Source of the DNA: Tubulanus polymorphus | Taxonomy: Eukaryota > Animalia > Nemertea | Assembly (NCBI RefSeq): GCF_964204645.1 | Contig: NC_134036.1 | Span: 7,726,812-7,790,811, forward strand | Length of the DNA stretch: 64,000 nucleotides | Direction of reading: 5' to 3' | Shown here: one piece after another, positions 36,036-45,761 of the stretch | Layout of the letters: every line of letters starts with the position of its first letter | How positions within the stretch are numbered: position 1 is the first letter of the stretch | Position numbers and translations under genes: made by a program | The notes under the pieces: model-generated | What the model was told of the DNA's origin: nothing | The model's input: only the letters and a program-made list of their open reading frames with translations | Database searches by the model: none

Positions 36036-36458
36036 CTAATTAGTAAATTTATAAGCAACAAATATAACAATAACTGTTCCACCTAAAATCCATATTATTT
36101 CATATTTCTGTTGTTCTTTACTTGGGGTATAATAATCTGATAATTTAGGTTTGTATAGATGTAATTTTTCTTTATTTGTTACCGCGTTATATAAACTCAT
36201 TGCATCATCAACTGATTGAAAATCTCTATGTGAAATCTTCTGATCATATAATTCTTTATTGATGTAATCCATATAGTTTTGCCTCTTTTCTCTATATTCT
36301 TCTGCAGCTTTATTGTATTTCTCTAACGCTAAGTTATGTCTTCTTTGTTCTCCTAATGAACTATTTTTATCAATATGTTTAAATAAATAACCACCACCAG
36401 TAAATGCTAAAACGTTAACAATTGCCGATCCTATAATAGTTATAATTGCAGAAGCCAT
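36036..36458 (-). CDS. Putative membrane/structural protein (140 aa)
   Basis: N- and C-terminal hydrophobic helices around EQRRHN plus coiled coil; conserved in copy A. Confidence 0.75.
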   Translation of the reverse strand: MASAIITIIGSAIVNVLAFTGGGYLFKHIDKNSSLGEQRRHNLALEKYNKAAEEYREKRQNYMDYINKELYDQKISHRDFQSVDDAMSLYNAVTNKEKLHLYKPKLSDYYTPSKEQQKYEIIWILGGTVIVIFVAYKFTN

Positions 36459-36482
36459 TTATTTAGCAAAAAAATTATGCAT

Positions 36483-36704
36483 TTATATGGGAGGAATATA
36501 TTTTTGTTTTTCTAAATAATCAATAGTTAAATTAGATAAAGTAACTGCTAATGTTAACTTTAAAATATCATTTATATCAAATCTATCAACATTAACACTT
36601 CCCATTTTGAATACTTTTTTTAATACCATTGAATAACCAACCGTTCCAACTGATAGTAATGCGCCATTATATAATCCAGTTATTATCCACTTATCATCAC
36701 TCAT
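36483..36704 (-). CDS. Small putative membrane protein (73 aa)
   Basis: Two hydrophobic segments; conserved in copy A (4505-4726). Confidence 0.75.
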   Translation of the reverse strand: MSDDKWIITGLYNGALLSVGTVGYSMVLKKVFKMGSVNVDRFDINDILKLTLAVTLSNLTIDYLEKQKYIPPI

Positions 36705-37061
36705 TTATTTATCAAAAAAATTACTATCTTCAAAATATTTAGTTATCTTAGTGATGATTAATTCAACATTTATTTCATTACTAGTTTCATTTGTATATAT
36801 TTCAATTATTATTTTTTTAATATCATCGATGATAAAATCTTCATCTAATTCATAAAGTCTTAAAGATTCTCTAATTAAATTAGTAATCTTTTCTACATTT
36901 AAAGTTTCTTTATCTATTGTTGTTTCATACTCAAATGTTGTTTCATTAGAAAATACAATATTTTTGATATGTGTTATTACATCATTAATGTTAAATTTCA
37001 TTTCTTTTTCACGTTTAAAATCAAACCCAAAACATATACTCGGTCCAACAGTTATATTCAT
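36705..37061 (-). CDS. Hypothetical acidic protein (118 aa)
   Basis: Intact and near-identical in copy A (4148-4504); TAAATG start. Confidence 0.75.
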   Translation of the reverse strand: MNITVGPSICFGFDFKREKEMKFNINDVITHIKNIVFSNETTFEYETTIDKETLNVEKITNLIRESLRLYELDEDFIIDDIKKIIIEIYTNETSNEINVELIITKITKYFEDSNFFDK

Positions 37062-37077
37062 TTATATAGGTGAAAAA

Positions 37078-37875
37078 TTACTCTTTACATCTTATAACTA
37101 ATTCATAAATTACAGGAAAGTTATTCAAATCAATTAAATAACCATTATGATTTCTTATTTCTAATTTAAAATTATTGAAATGTGGAATACAAGGTTTAAA
37201 ATCACATTCAGCTAAATTATAATTTATTTGCGTTCCAAATTGTTTAACATTCTTCAATGGTAAAATGTTTAATATACTAGAATTACATGTTGTATCTTTA
37301 GTTGCTTCGAATGTTTTTGTAGGATCGATTAAATTGCAATAAATATAAAAGTGTGTAAAAGGTATTATATTTGAGTTACCGTGTTTGTTTCCACCAAATT
37401 GATTTGGAGTAATTCCTAATAGTTTAGCTATAGGTTTTTTTACCGTGTAAGTATGTATTCTTGTCATCAATGGATTAGATTTATCAAGTTTAATAAGTTC
37501 ATCATCAAGCTTTATTTTAATTTTATTAGAGCTCTCACTTTTTATGAATTTAATATTAAATTTAGAATTACCATTACCTAATCTAATCCGAGCTTTTCTA
37601 TTAATTTCTTGCTCTAATGTTTCTAAATCATATAATCCTGGTGTAAGCATAAGTTGAATCCATTTTTTTTCAAGTTTATCAAAAATAAGAAGGCTTCTAT
37701 GTTCATCAGTTTTATCCGATATATTATAAAAAGAATTACATAAACTTATATTTACTAATTTTAAATCTACACAATTCTTAAATTCTCTATCTAATTGTAC
37801 TAATAAATTATGAGATTTATAATTTATAAGTTTTCTAGAATCAACAAATATTCTGTATTCTTTTAATTCTACCAT
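37078..37875 (-). CDS. Putative minor capsid protein (penton, single jelly-roll)
   Basis: Pattern typical of Polinton/virophage pentons: IFVDSR, PGLY, FYIYCNLID, ILNILP, LEIRNHNGYLIDLNN..V..EL. Confidence 0.8.
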   Translation of the reverse strand: MVELKEYRIFVDSRKLINYKSHNLLVQLDREFKNCVDLKLVNISLCNSFYNISDKTDEHRSLLIFDKLEKKWIQLMLTPGLYDLETLEQEINRKARIRLGNGNSKFNIKFIKSESSNKIKIKLDDELIKLDKSNPLMTRIHTYTVKKPIAKLLGITPNQFGGNKHGNSNIIPFTHFYIYCNLIDPTKTFEATKDTTCNSSILNILPLKNVKQFGTQINYNLAECDFKPCIPHFNNFKLEIRNHNGYLIDLNNFPVIYELVIRCKE

Positions 37876-37943
37876 TATTTATAACATAAAAAAATTACCG
37901 CTCATCACTAAAAATTAATTTTAATAAAATTTTTCCTTAATAA

Positions 37944-39260
37944 ATGGATGAGAAGATAGCATGCGAAATTTGTCGTGAACTTCTAAGAAAAAGTAATATG
38001 GCTCGACATATGAAAAAACATGATGAAAATTATAAACCCCCTAAAATAAACTGTCAAAATTGTAATAAAACATTCTCTAGAAATTATTTCAAAAAACATT
38101 CAGAGAAGTGTAAAAATAATAACTTAATAGTTAATGTTGACAGTAACGAAAGTAATAATAATTCTGTTGAAGTTGAACCTGAAATTATTTGGAAAAGACC
38201 TTTCTTATTCTATGATAAGGATAATATAAAAGATCATTTCTGTGAGCCTTGTCGAATAAAATATAACCCTGAAAATATAGAAGATTGGGAGAATCATCAA
38301 TTTCGTAAAGTACATATAGATAAAATTTCTAATAAATTTGAAACTGAATTTAATGAAAGAAAAGATAATTTATTTAAAAAAATAAAATATGAGAAAACGT
38401 TACCAGATAATGAAGAAACAGTTGAAAAGTTAGAAAAACAATATAATGAATTAACAAGAAAAACATATTATTGTAAATATTGTAAATTGATTATTACAAC
38501 AAGTAATTCAAATCTACATAATAGAACAATAAAACATAAAGAAAACGTAAGAAAATACCAAGAGCTTAATGAAGATCTATTACCAGTAAATTATAAACAA
38601 AAATGTCCACGATGTATTTATGCGACCTTAAGGCAAGAAGGTACTGTGTTATTTTGTGTTGATTGTGGATGGCAAAGGAATTTATGGGGTGAAGAAAAAA
38701 CTAGAAATTTTCTTATAGAACCAAAATTAAATTATCTTGATGAAATTTTTAAAATATTTTCTATAGAAGATCATACACCAGAATATATGCAATGGCTTTA
38801 AAAAATGAAAATAATAGAAAATAAAAATGGTGAAATAACTAAAAAAGATATTATAAAAACAATTATTCCACCAACATTTAACACAAAACAAAAGAAAATG
38901 TATTTATATTTATTATTTAATGATTATTATGAAAAACCTAAATTAACAGAAGAAGATATGGAAAATATAAAAAAAATATTTAAACAAATATTAATGTATC
39001 ATTTGGAAAATAGAATAACAGATTCAATAAATTATGAATTCTTTTTAAATAAGATTGTAAATTATTTAAACCTAGATATTATAATTCCATTTGATGAATT
39101 AACAAACAAAAAGAAACAAAGAGTGCGAGATGAAATGTGGAACAAGATAGAACTTTATTTAAATGAGAAAAATGGAATGGAAGAAGAACCTAAACAATTA
39201 AATGAAAATGAAGAAGCCAATAGTGATTTCGAGTATGATGATATTGATTTTATGTTTTAA
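37944..39260 (+). pseudogene. Multi-zinc-finger protein (~438 codons) interrupted by one nonsense codon at 38799-38801
   Basis: Several CxxC...H motifs; copy A reads WLEKMK across the position that is TAA here. Confidence 0.75.
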
Positions 39261-42200
39261 TGGCCATAAGGTAATGTTTTTATACCATCATCTGAAATAT
39301 GCCTTTTATCATCAAATGGATTTAAACTAGTTTTTTCAACTTCATTAATGTACATCTCATGATCTTCTGATCTTAAACAATTCATCTTGTGTTTCATTAC
39401 AATTGATTTATATAAACACTTTATATAATCTTGAAATTCTATATGTTTATCAACCACATGTTTTGTTATTCCTTTTAACTTTTTAGCTTCATGATCTTTT
39501 GTTCTGTAACTATACATTTTACTTCTTATCCCAACAAATTCAATCATTTCATCACCTCCTAATTCATCTTTAAATTTACCAGGAATCTTTTTATTATCAT
39601 TACTAAATAGTTCATGATCTTTAGGATAATTGCTAAAATCAAAATGATGTTTTAATGTTTTTAAGTCTTTTGTTATATCATTTGTCTTGATTTTTAGTAT
39701 GTAGGCGTCAGTATTTTTTTGGATTAATGGGAACCCAGAATTGAATGTTCCATCATCTGTTGATAAATCATAAACATAGTCAGTTGGGTTATATATTTCA
39801 AATAAATCTTTAACTTCTTCTGTTAATTCTTTTTCTACATGCCTTAAATTAAAACAATTTGGTTTAGATTTAATTAATTCTATATTCATATTAAATCCTA
39901 ATGAACTGCATAATATATTCAATCCTGATATAGCAACTTTTCCTTTTTGAGCAAAGGATATTGTTTTGCGGTTTTGGAACCTTTTTGAACCATCTGCGGC
40001 ATAGAATCCAATGAAGAACCACTTTCTTAAATTATTTTTTGCATTCAATACATAATCTGGAACTATCTTTTCTTTTGTTGAAGTATTACTTTTCACTATT
40101 GCATGAATATAGAATTCATCATTATATTTTGTAGCAAAATCTTTAGGATTATTCACATGTATTCTATAACATTGCGATGATTTCATAACATCTATGATTT
40201 TGAATGTTTTATTTGGATAAACTTCTTCACAGAATTTCTTAATTCTTTCTAATAATTTTAAGTCTTGATTGCATAAATACCAACAATATTTAGTTCCACT
40301 AACATAATTATACACACCTGCTGAACCATCACCCATGAAAAATCCTTTAATAAAATATTCTTTTTCTTCCAATGTTTCAGGTTCTATATTATAAATATTA
40401 TTAATTATTTCATCAAATGACATATGATTCATTCTTGGGAAAAATCTTTTATGTAATAATTCATCTCCAATTTTTATATCAGTTGGTTTTATTTCATCAC
40501 CATTTCGTTTAATTAAACTATGATCTTCTGTAACATCTACAAATCCTAATTTAGTTCTAACTCTATAGATTTTCTTATTTGTTTTATGTCTAATAATATT
40601 CTTTAATTTTTTCCATCCATTTCTTGTCCAAACATCTATTAAACCATTTATTTGTATTAATTCTTTTTCTCCATATGAAATATAACATTCATTTTGTTTT
40701 GGAATTATTTCTGAAATTCTTCTTACCAATATTTTATTATTACATTTTAATAATATTGGGGTGTCAGCCATTACAGAATCAAAATATAATATTTCTATAT
40801 GTTTTTCCCCAAAAAGTGGTTGTAAAACATTATAATAGAATTCATACATCAATAGCTTTGAAATTTCTAAAACGGTTGAACCTATAAATATTGGTTTATT
40901 AAATTTCATGGACGTTCTTTTTAATTTTACCGCGGTTAAATAATCTTCAAACCTTTTATTTCCTAAATGTCTAGGACTTGATTGTAAATGTCTTAATCTT
41001 TCAGAATTATTTACTAATTCAATATCATTTCTATTTCTAATATTTTCACATGTTTTACCATAAAAACTATTATTCATTAATTTAAAGAAATCTTTTTCAA
41101 AATCTGTTTTTGATATGGTTCTCTGTTGAGTATTGAAATCTATATATTTTTCTAACCACTTCGATTGATTAAATTCAATATATCTATGTACTTTCTTTAA
41201 TTTCATTCCTTGTTTTAGATAAAATTTTAACATTCTATAATGAACAATATAATTGTATTTATTATTTTGAGTAAGTATTAATTTTTCTGTAAAAACATGA
41301 TCTTTCGGTTTTATTTTCTTCTGGTATTCACTTAAATAACTATCATCTACAGTTAAATGTTCTGGGCAATAAGGTAAGTTTCTTGTTTTAAACTTTATAT
41401 TTTCAGGATATTCTAAATCAACTACAAAGAAATAACCAATTGGTGCTTCATCTTTTAAACTAATAATTGCGCTTTCCCAATCAGTTTTATCACCATTTTC
41501 AACTTCTGTTAATATAAAATTTTTATATGGTTGAGGTTGCATCATTGCCCAACCATATAAATTATTGGCGTCAATATATAATAATTTATATTCATCATTT
41601 GCTTTAAAATACCTATCTCCCATAACACCACTAATTCCACCTCTAATTGATTTTTCAAATAATAAAACCATATCTGGTTCTTTTAATAAATCTAATTCTA
41701 CATTTGTATATTTTAAACCACATTGCCAGGTTAAACCAGGACTAGAGTAGCAATAACAAGGATCAACATTAAAATGATTCAAATTAACTTCTCTAAATTT
41801 TTCAAATATGTCAGCCAATATCATAACATCTGATTTTAAATATAAATCAACTAATTCACCATGATTTTTCATCTTAAAATGGTTCCAAATATTTAATGTT
41901 CTATTAAACACTTCATCTTTCACATACTCCTCTTTTAATTTATCATAAAATTGATCTTTTAATAATTTGGTTTCTTTGAAATCATCATGTGTTTTATAAA
42001 ATGAATAAGGAATTGCGCCTTTATATCTTAATAATTTAAAATCTTGGTCATTTGGATAATAATATCGAGTTATAACAAAATCATTATCAACTAAACTTTT
42101 TGATAAATTATCTAATGAACATGCTAGAAATCTATAAGAATCTAAAAATCTAATGCAACCAAATTGAAATGAAATATAATTTTCAGATGTTTTAGCTAAT

Positions 42201-43492
42201 AGTTTAAAATCATATTTTCTTACATTTACACCATTCATAGCATTATATTCTTCTATTTCTTGATTAATTGTACCCAATTTCTTTGATAATTGTTTTATAA
42301 ATAGATGGGTATCATAACCCGATAAATTATGAAATAATATTGGTACAAAATTTACTTTTTTAGCTTGTAAATTGCAATCTTCATGAGCAGCTCCACGATA
42401 TTTTGAATTTAAATGATTATGATCTCTAACTTTTTTATCAAATGAATAAAAACGTTTTTCACAATAACAACAATGAGTTGCATAATTAAAATCAATTTCA
42501 TCTTCTTTTGTCATAACTATTCTTTTATTTTTGTTTAATAATTTTGCAAAATCACTTTCTAATTCAATCATTTTATCACAAAAATCATTAACTACATTTT
42601 CACCTCTAAAAGAAATATATTGACTTTCATATAATTCGGGATAATTTGATTTTATATAAATTCCATAAGCAGCAGCTCTTTGATGAACTTTTTTAATTGT
42701 ATTTATAATTGGTGGGTCTTGAATTATATCTTCATTTAATTCACTTCCTTTATCCATTGATTTTAATAATTGTTTTTTGTTATATATTTCTTTTCTATCT
42801 TGATCAGTTAATTCTTTATTCAACGATTCAAAATCCCCATAAATTACAAATGGAACAATATTTTTAAATTTATGATTAGTAAATTTCAATTTATAATCTT
42901 TTTCTGTTGGCATTATTAATTTACAAAAATCTTTATTATCACATAATTCTTTATGTTTTAATAATGTATTCTCAGTTCTAAATTTAGATAAACATTTTCT
43001 ACATAGATAAATTTTATGGCTGTTAAAATCACTTTCTGTTCTAAAGAATAAATCAATTTGTTTTAACCACATATAATGTTCATTTTCATCTTTTTTGTAA
43101 TATAACAAATCTATAGCATTTTCATCATCATAATATTCTGTTAAATATAAAGCTTCCAATGTATAATCTTTAATATTTTCACCTTTTGTCTTTGGTAATT
43201 GCATTAATTCGAATACATTTATTTTTAAATTATTAATTTTTTCAATTTTAGGAATCATTTTTATAGTTACTGGATATTGATCAATTTTATATAATGTTTC
43301 ATATTTCCGATAATCTGTTATTCTACAAACATTTTCCTGTGTTGGATGTAAGCAACTAATAATTGACCATAGAAAACATTTATTATCTTCATTTTGAACA
43401 TTTATTACTGCTTTTGTTGTAAACGGTAATTTGATATAACTTGATGCTTTCATATCTTTTTCTGTTATAAAGTTTGAATCATTTTTAAACAT
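39257..43492 (-). CDS. polB: Protein-primed family B DNA polymerase with vOTU-like and EndoVII/HNH-like domains and an intein
   Basis: Motifs YGDFES (ExoI), FHNLSGYD (ExoII), YIDANNLYG (motif A), KLMNNSFYGK (motif B), YFD|TD (motif C, split by intein). N-terminal INVQNEDNKCFLW...HY is vOTU-like; CCYC...VRDHNH...YRGAAHEDCN is an EndoVII-like insert. Confidence 0.96.
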   Translation of the reverse strand: MFKNDSNFITEKDMKASSYIKLPFTTKAVINVQNEDNKCFLWSIISCLHPTQENVCRITDYRKYETLYKIDQYPVTIKMIPKIEKINNLKINVFELMQLPKTKGENIKDYTLEALYLTEYYDDENAIDLLYYKKDENEHYMWLKQIDLFFRTESDFNSHKIYLCRKCLSKFRTENTLLKHKELCDNKDFCKLIMPTEKDYKLKFTNHKFKNIVPFVIYGDFESLNKELTDQDRKEIYNKKQLLKSMDKGSELNEDIIQDPPIINTIKKVHQRAAAYGIYIKSNYPELYESQYISFRGENVVNDFCDKMIELESDFAKLLNKNKRIVMTKEDEIDFNYATHCCYCEKRFYSFDKKVRDHNHLNSKYRGAAHEDCNLQAKKVNFVPILFHNLSGYDTHLFIKQLSKKLGTINQEIEEYNAMNGVNVRKYDFKLLAKTSENYISFQFGCIRFLDSYRFLACSLDNLSKSLVDNDFVITRYYYPNDQDFKLLRYKGAIPYSFYKTHDDFKETKLLKDQFYDKLKEEYVKDEVFNRTLNIWNHFKMKNHGELVDLYLKSDVMILADIFEKFREVNLNHFNVDPCYCYSSPGLTWQCGLKYTNVELDLLKEPDMVLLFEKSIRGGISGVMGDRYFKANDEYKLLYIDANNLYGWAMMQPQPYKNFILTEVENGDKTDWESAIISLKDEAPIGYFFVVDLEYPENIKFKTRNLPYCPEHLTVDDSYLSEYQKKIKPKDHVFTEKLILTQNNKYNYIVHYRMLKFYLKQGMKLKKVHRYIEFNQSKWLEKYIDFNTQQRTISKTDFEKDFFKLMNNSFYGKTCENIRNRNDIELVNNSERLRHLQSSPRHLGNKRFEDYLTAVKLKRTSMKFNKPIFIGSTVLEISKLLMYEFYYNVLQPLFGEKHIEILYFDSVMADTPILLKCNNKILVRRISEIIPKQNECYISYGEKELIQINGLIDVWTRNGWKKLKNIIRHKTNKKIYRVRTKLGFVDVTEDHSLIKRNGDEIKPTDIKIGDELLHKRFFPRMNHMSFDEIINNIYNIEPETLEEKEYFIKGFFMGDGSAGVYNYVSGTKYCWYLCNQDLKLLERIKKFCEEVYPNKTFKIIDVMKSSQCYRIHVNNPKDFATKYNDEFYIHAIVKSNTSTKEKIVPDYVLNAKNNLRKWFFIGFYAADGSKRFQNRKTISFAQKGKVAISGLNILCSSLGFNMNIELIKSKPNCFNLRHVEKELTEEVKDLFEIYNPTDYVYDLSTDDGTFNSGFPLIQKNTDAYILKIKTNDITKDLKTLKHHFDFSNYPKDHELFSNDNKKIPGKFKDELGGDEMIEFVGIRSKMYSYRTKDHEAKKLKGITKHVVDKHIEFQDYIKCLYKSIVMKHKMNCLRSEDHEMYINEVEKTSLNPFDDKRHISDDGIKTLPYGH
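39713..40777 (-). mobile_element. Intein with LAGLIDADG homing endonuclease (355 aa) in pPolB motif C
   Basis: Block A SVMADTPILL, block B VTEDH, endonuclease blocks FIKGFFMGDGS and FFIGFYAADGS, block F YVYDLST, C-terminal KN followed by Thr. Removal restores YFDTD. Absent at the same site in element B. Confidence 0.95.
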
Positions 43493-44323
43493 TTTATTAC
43501 TTTTTGATGTTTTATTCCTTTTTGTATTATAAACATTTAAATCTAAATATATAATTCATCCAATGTTAAGCCAGAACCCTCAAAATATCTTTCTTCAATA
43601 TGACGTTTAAATTCATTTAATATTTTTTCTAACTTCTCTTTTATTTGTGTTTTTGAAATTATTTCTTCAGAGTGTGTTTGAATATTATAATTCATTTTTT
43701 CTTCTGACTTTATAAAACTTACTTTCCCAGAGATACTAATTTTTGGATATTCAACATCTGTTATCAAATCTAGTATTTTTTCTATTATTTCATTAAATTT
43801 ACTATAATCTTCTATTGTTGTACCTTTAAAGAATCTAAATATAATAGCTGCAGGACCAATTTTACTATGTAATGTTTCTAAGATTTCAATTGTATCTTTT
43901 ATTTCTAGTGAATCAATATAATTTCTAACATTTTCCATGTAAGGTTTATTTGAAATGGATTTAGTTTTTGAAGTTGATTCTTTTACTTTTTGAGGTTTAT
44001 TATCAAAATAATCTTCTCCTAAAACATTATTACTCAAATTTTGATGGTGTTTTTGTGATTCGAGATGTCTATTATAATTCCTTTTTACTATAAATTCATT
44101 ACAAACTTCACATTTTATTTCATCCACATTCATATTTTCTAATCGTTCTTTTCTTTCATTGGAATTTTTCTGGAGTTTCAAAATCTATAACATTTTTTAT
44201 ATGATTTGAAGATTTTTCATGTTTAGATTTATTAGATTTATCGATGTATTTTTTACAATATTGACAATAATATTGATTTTTATTGACATTATTGTTTTCT
44301 AGTTGCTGTTCATTCTCCCCCAT
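43493..44323 (-). pseudogene. N-terminal extension of pPolB (two C2H2-like zinc fingers plus probable terminal-protein region), split by two 1-nt frameshifts
   Basis: ATG at 44323 (MGENEQ...YYCQYCKK...H...H). Frameshift ~44180 leads into ORF 43543-44181 (CEVC...H...H; EGSG); frameshift ~43550 leads into the main ORF. The homologous region of element B (19750-19810) reads through as EGSGLIFDEIIFMTLHVYN. Confidence 0.8.
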
Positions 44324-44408
44324 TTATTAGGGAAAAAAATTACTTGTGGTGATGAGTGGTGTCTCGTACTCTCGTACTCTGATCTGAAAACGCCATCTTC
44401 TAATTACT
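44319..44408 (-). repeat. Right terminal inverted repeat of element C (~90 bp)
   Basis: Matches left TIR; ends ...TAATTACT followed by TSD TATAAA; contains the pPolB start codon (44323). Confidence 0.95.
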
Positions 44409-45077
44409 TATAAATATCACAGTGTTTGGATATCACTGTTATTCCAACTATCAGTACCCATGGGATTATTTGGGATTAATTCTCAGCGTCAGAATACGTA
44501 TTTCTAGAACAGTGGAACAGCAGCCTACTCGTGACTGAAACCCGTATGTGATCGTGCGGGAACGCCTTTACTAAAGTTAAAACCATTTCCTGATGACACG
44601 AAACGGTAAACGGTAGGCTACCACCATGATACGATATCACCAATAAAGATAGATCATTTTATTCAATTTTACTAGTGTTGTTTATTGGAGGAAAATATCA
44701 TTGTTAAGTACGCCGAGAACAACTATGTTGTATTATCAATCAGTTGACTGACATTGTAAAATTCGATTGGGCTATATTGTCATATAAGTTTTCTTTTCAG
44801 GACGTGGCGAGAGTCAAGTAGCGAAAAACGTCCCCCGGGTCAGCAGGCAGGCAGGGCGGCGCGGCCGGTCGGACGGAGGCGGCGCGCCTGCTGCGCACTC
44901 ATAAGGCGGTAGCACCCTCTTACGCACTCGGCAGAGATTCGCTTTGTAATGCGCGCCGGAGAAAAATACCTTTTATTTTCTTTTCCATGCGTTAAACAAC
45001 AGTGATTGAATTTACGCTTTGTTTGCAATATTGCGATGGTTATTTGCCGCTGCTGTAGTTTTTTGGAATTGAATCGA

Positions 45078-45302
45078 GCGGCCTTGGTAGCTCAGTGAGA
45101 TAAGGCGTGATGCTGTTGAATCCACTATCAATGCTGAGTGACAAGTGGGTTCGAGTCCTGCTGGCTGCGAACAGTGTGCGGCAACACTTCAAAGGCCGTT
45201 CCGTCGTGAGGTTAAATGAACAATCCAATGGGAATAGTCTTGGGAATCCATGATCCAAACGACGTACGTAAAGCCAAACAAACAAAAAGACAAACAAACA
45301 AT
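45078..45302 (+). mobile_element. tRNA-derived SINE
   Basis: A box TAGCTCAGTG, B box GGTTCGAGTCC, unique body, (CAAA)n tail. Confidence 0.65.
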
Positions 45303-45761
45303 CATCAGCCGGCCTCAGTGACACCAACGCCGGCATCGCTCTCTGCGACGTTTTGCATGCGTACATGCATCAGAGCTTGGAGCTCTAAGATCAGAGAGTC
45401 TTGCAATTGCATTCTTAAAAATCGTTCTGTTTTTGTTTTCATTATTCAGTGGAGCCTAACAGTTCATGCGTAAAAATGGGTTTCTGTATCCAAATCTTGA
45501 TTGATATATATATCTTTGCTGGGACATGATGGAAAAGATCAGAATAAACTAGTTTCGTCTTTTTAACAGAATCGCATTAATGAGGTTTAACAGTACAAAG
45601 AGCCTAGGCTAAATCGTTCGGCAGAAAATAAATTCATTTTCAGGAATAGAATCGTACTAGACAAATAGACCTTTAAGTCTGTGGTCCTCCCAATCAACAT
45701 CGTCATAGAAGATTTGCCGGCTGATATAAAACATTATAACCACTTAATACCACAGTATAAT

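Larger units (their letters stand above)
27159..44408 (-). mobile_element. Complete Polinton/Maverick-like endogenous virus (element C), 17,250 bp
   Basis: TIRs AGTAATTAGAAGATGGCG... at both ends, flanked by identical 6-bp TATAAA (27153-27158, 44409-44414). Carries pPolB, rve integrase, ATPase and capsid-like genes. AG..CT termini and 6-bp TSD are Polinton hallmarks. Confidence 0.96.

Noticed and set aside
39713-40777. Group I or spliceosomal intron, or Hedgehog-type Hint domain, as explanation of the pol insert
   Set aside because: The insert is in frame, has both intein termini and an internal LAGLIDADG domain, and sits at a known intein site.
1-44408. A and C as the two arms of one giant element
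   Set aside because: C has its own TIR pair and TSD; A has a different TIR and flank.
45081-45170. tRNA gene
   Set aside because: A and B boxes are present but there is no clean cloverleaf; it continues into a SINE-like body and tail.
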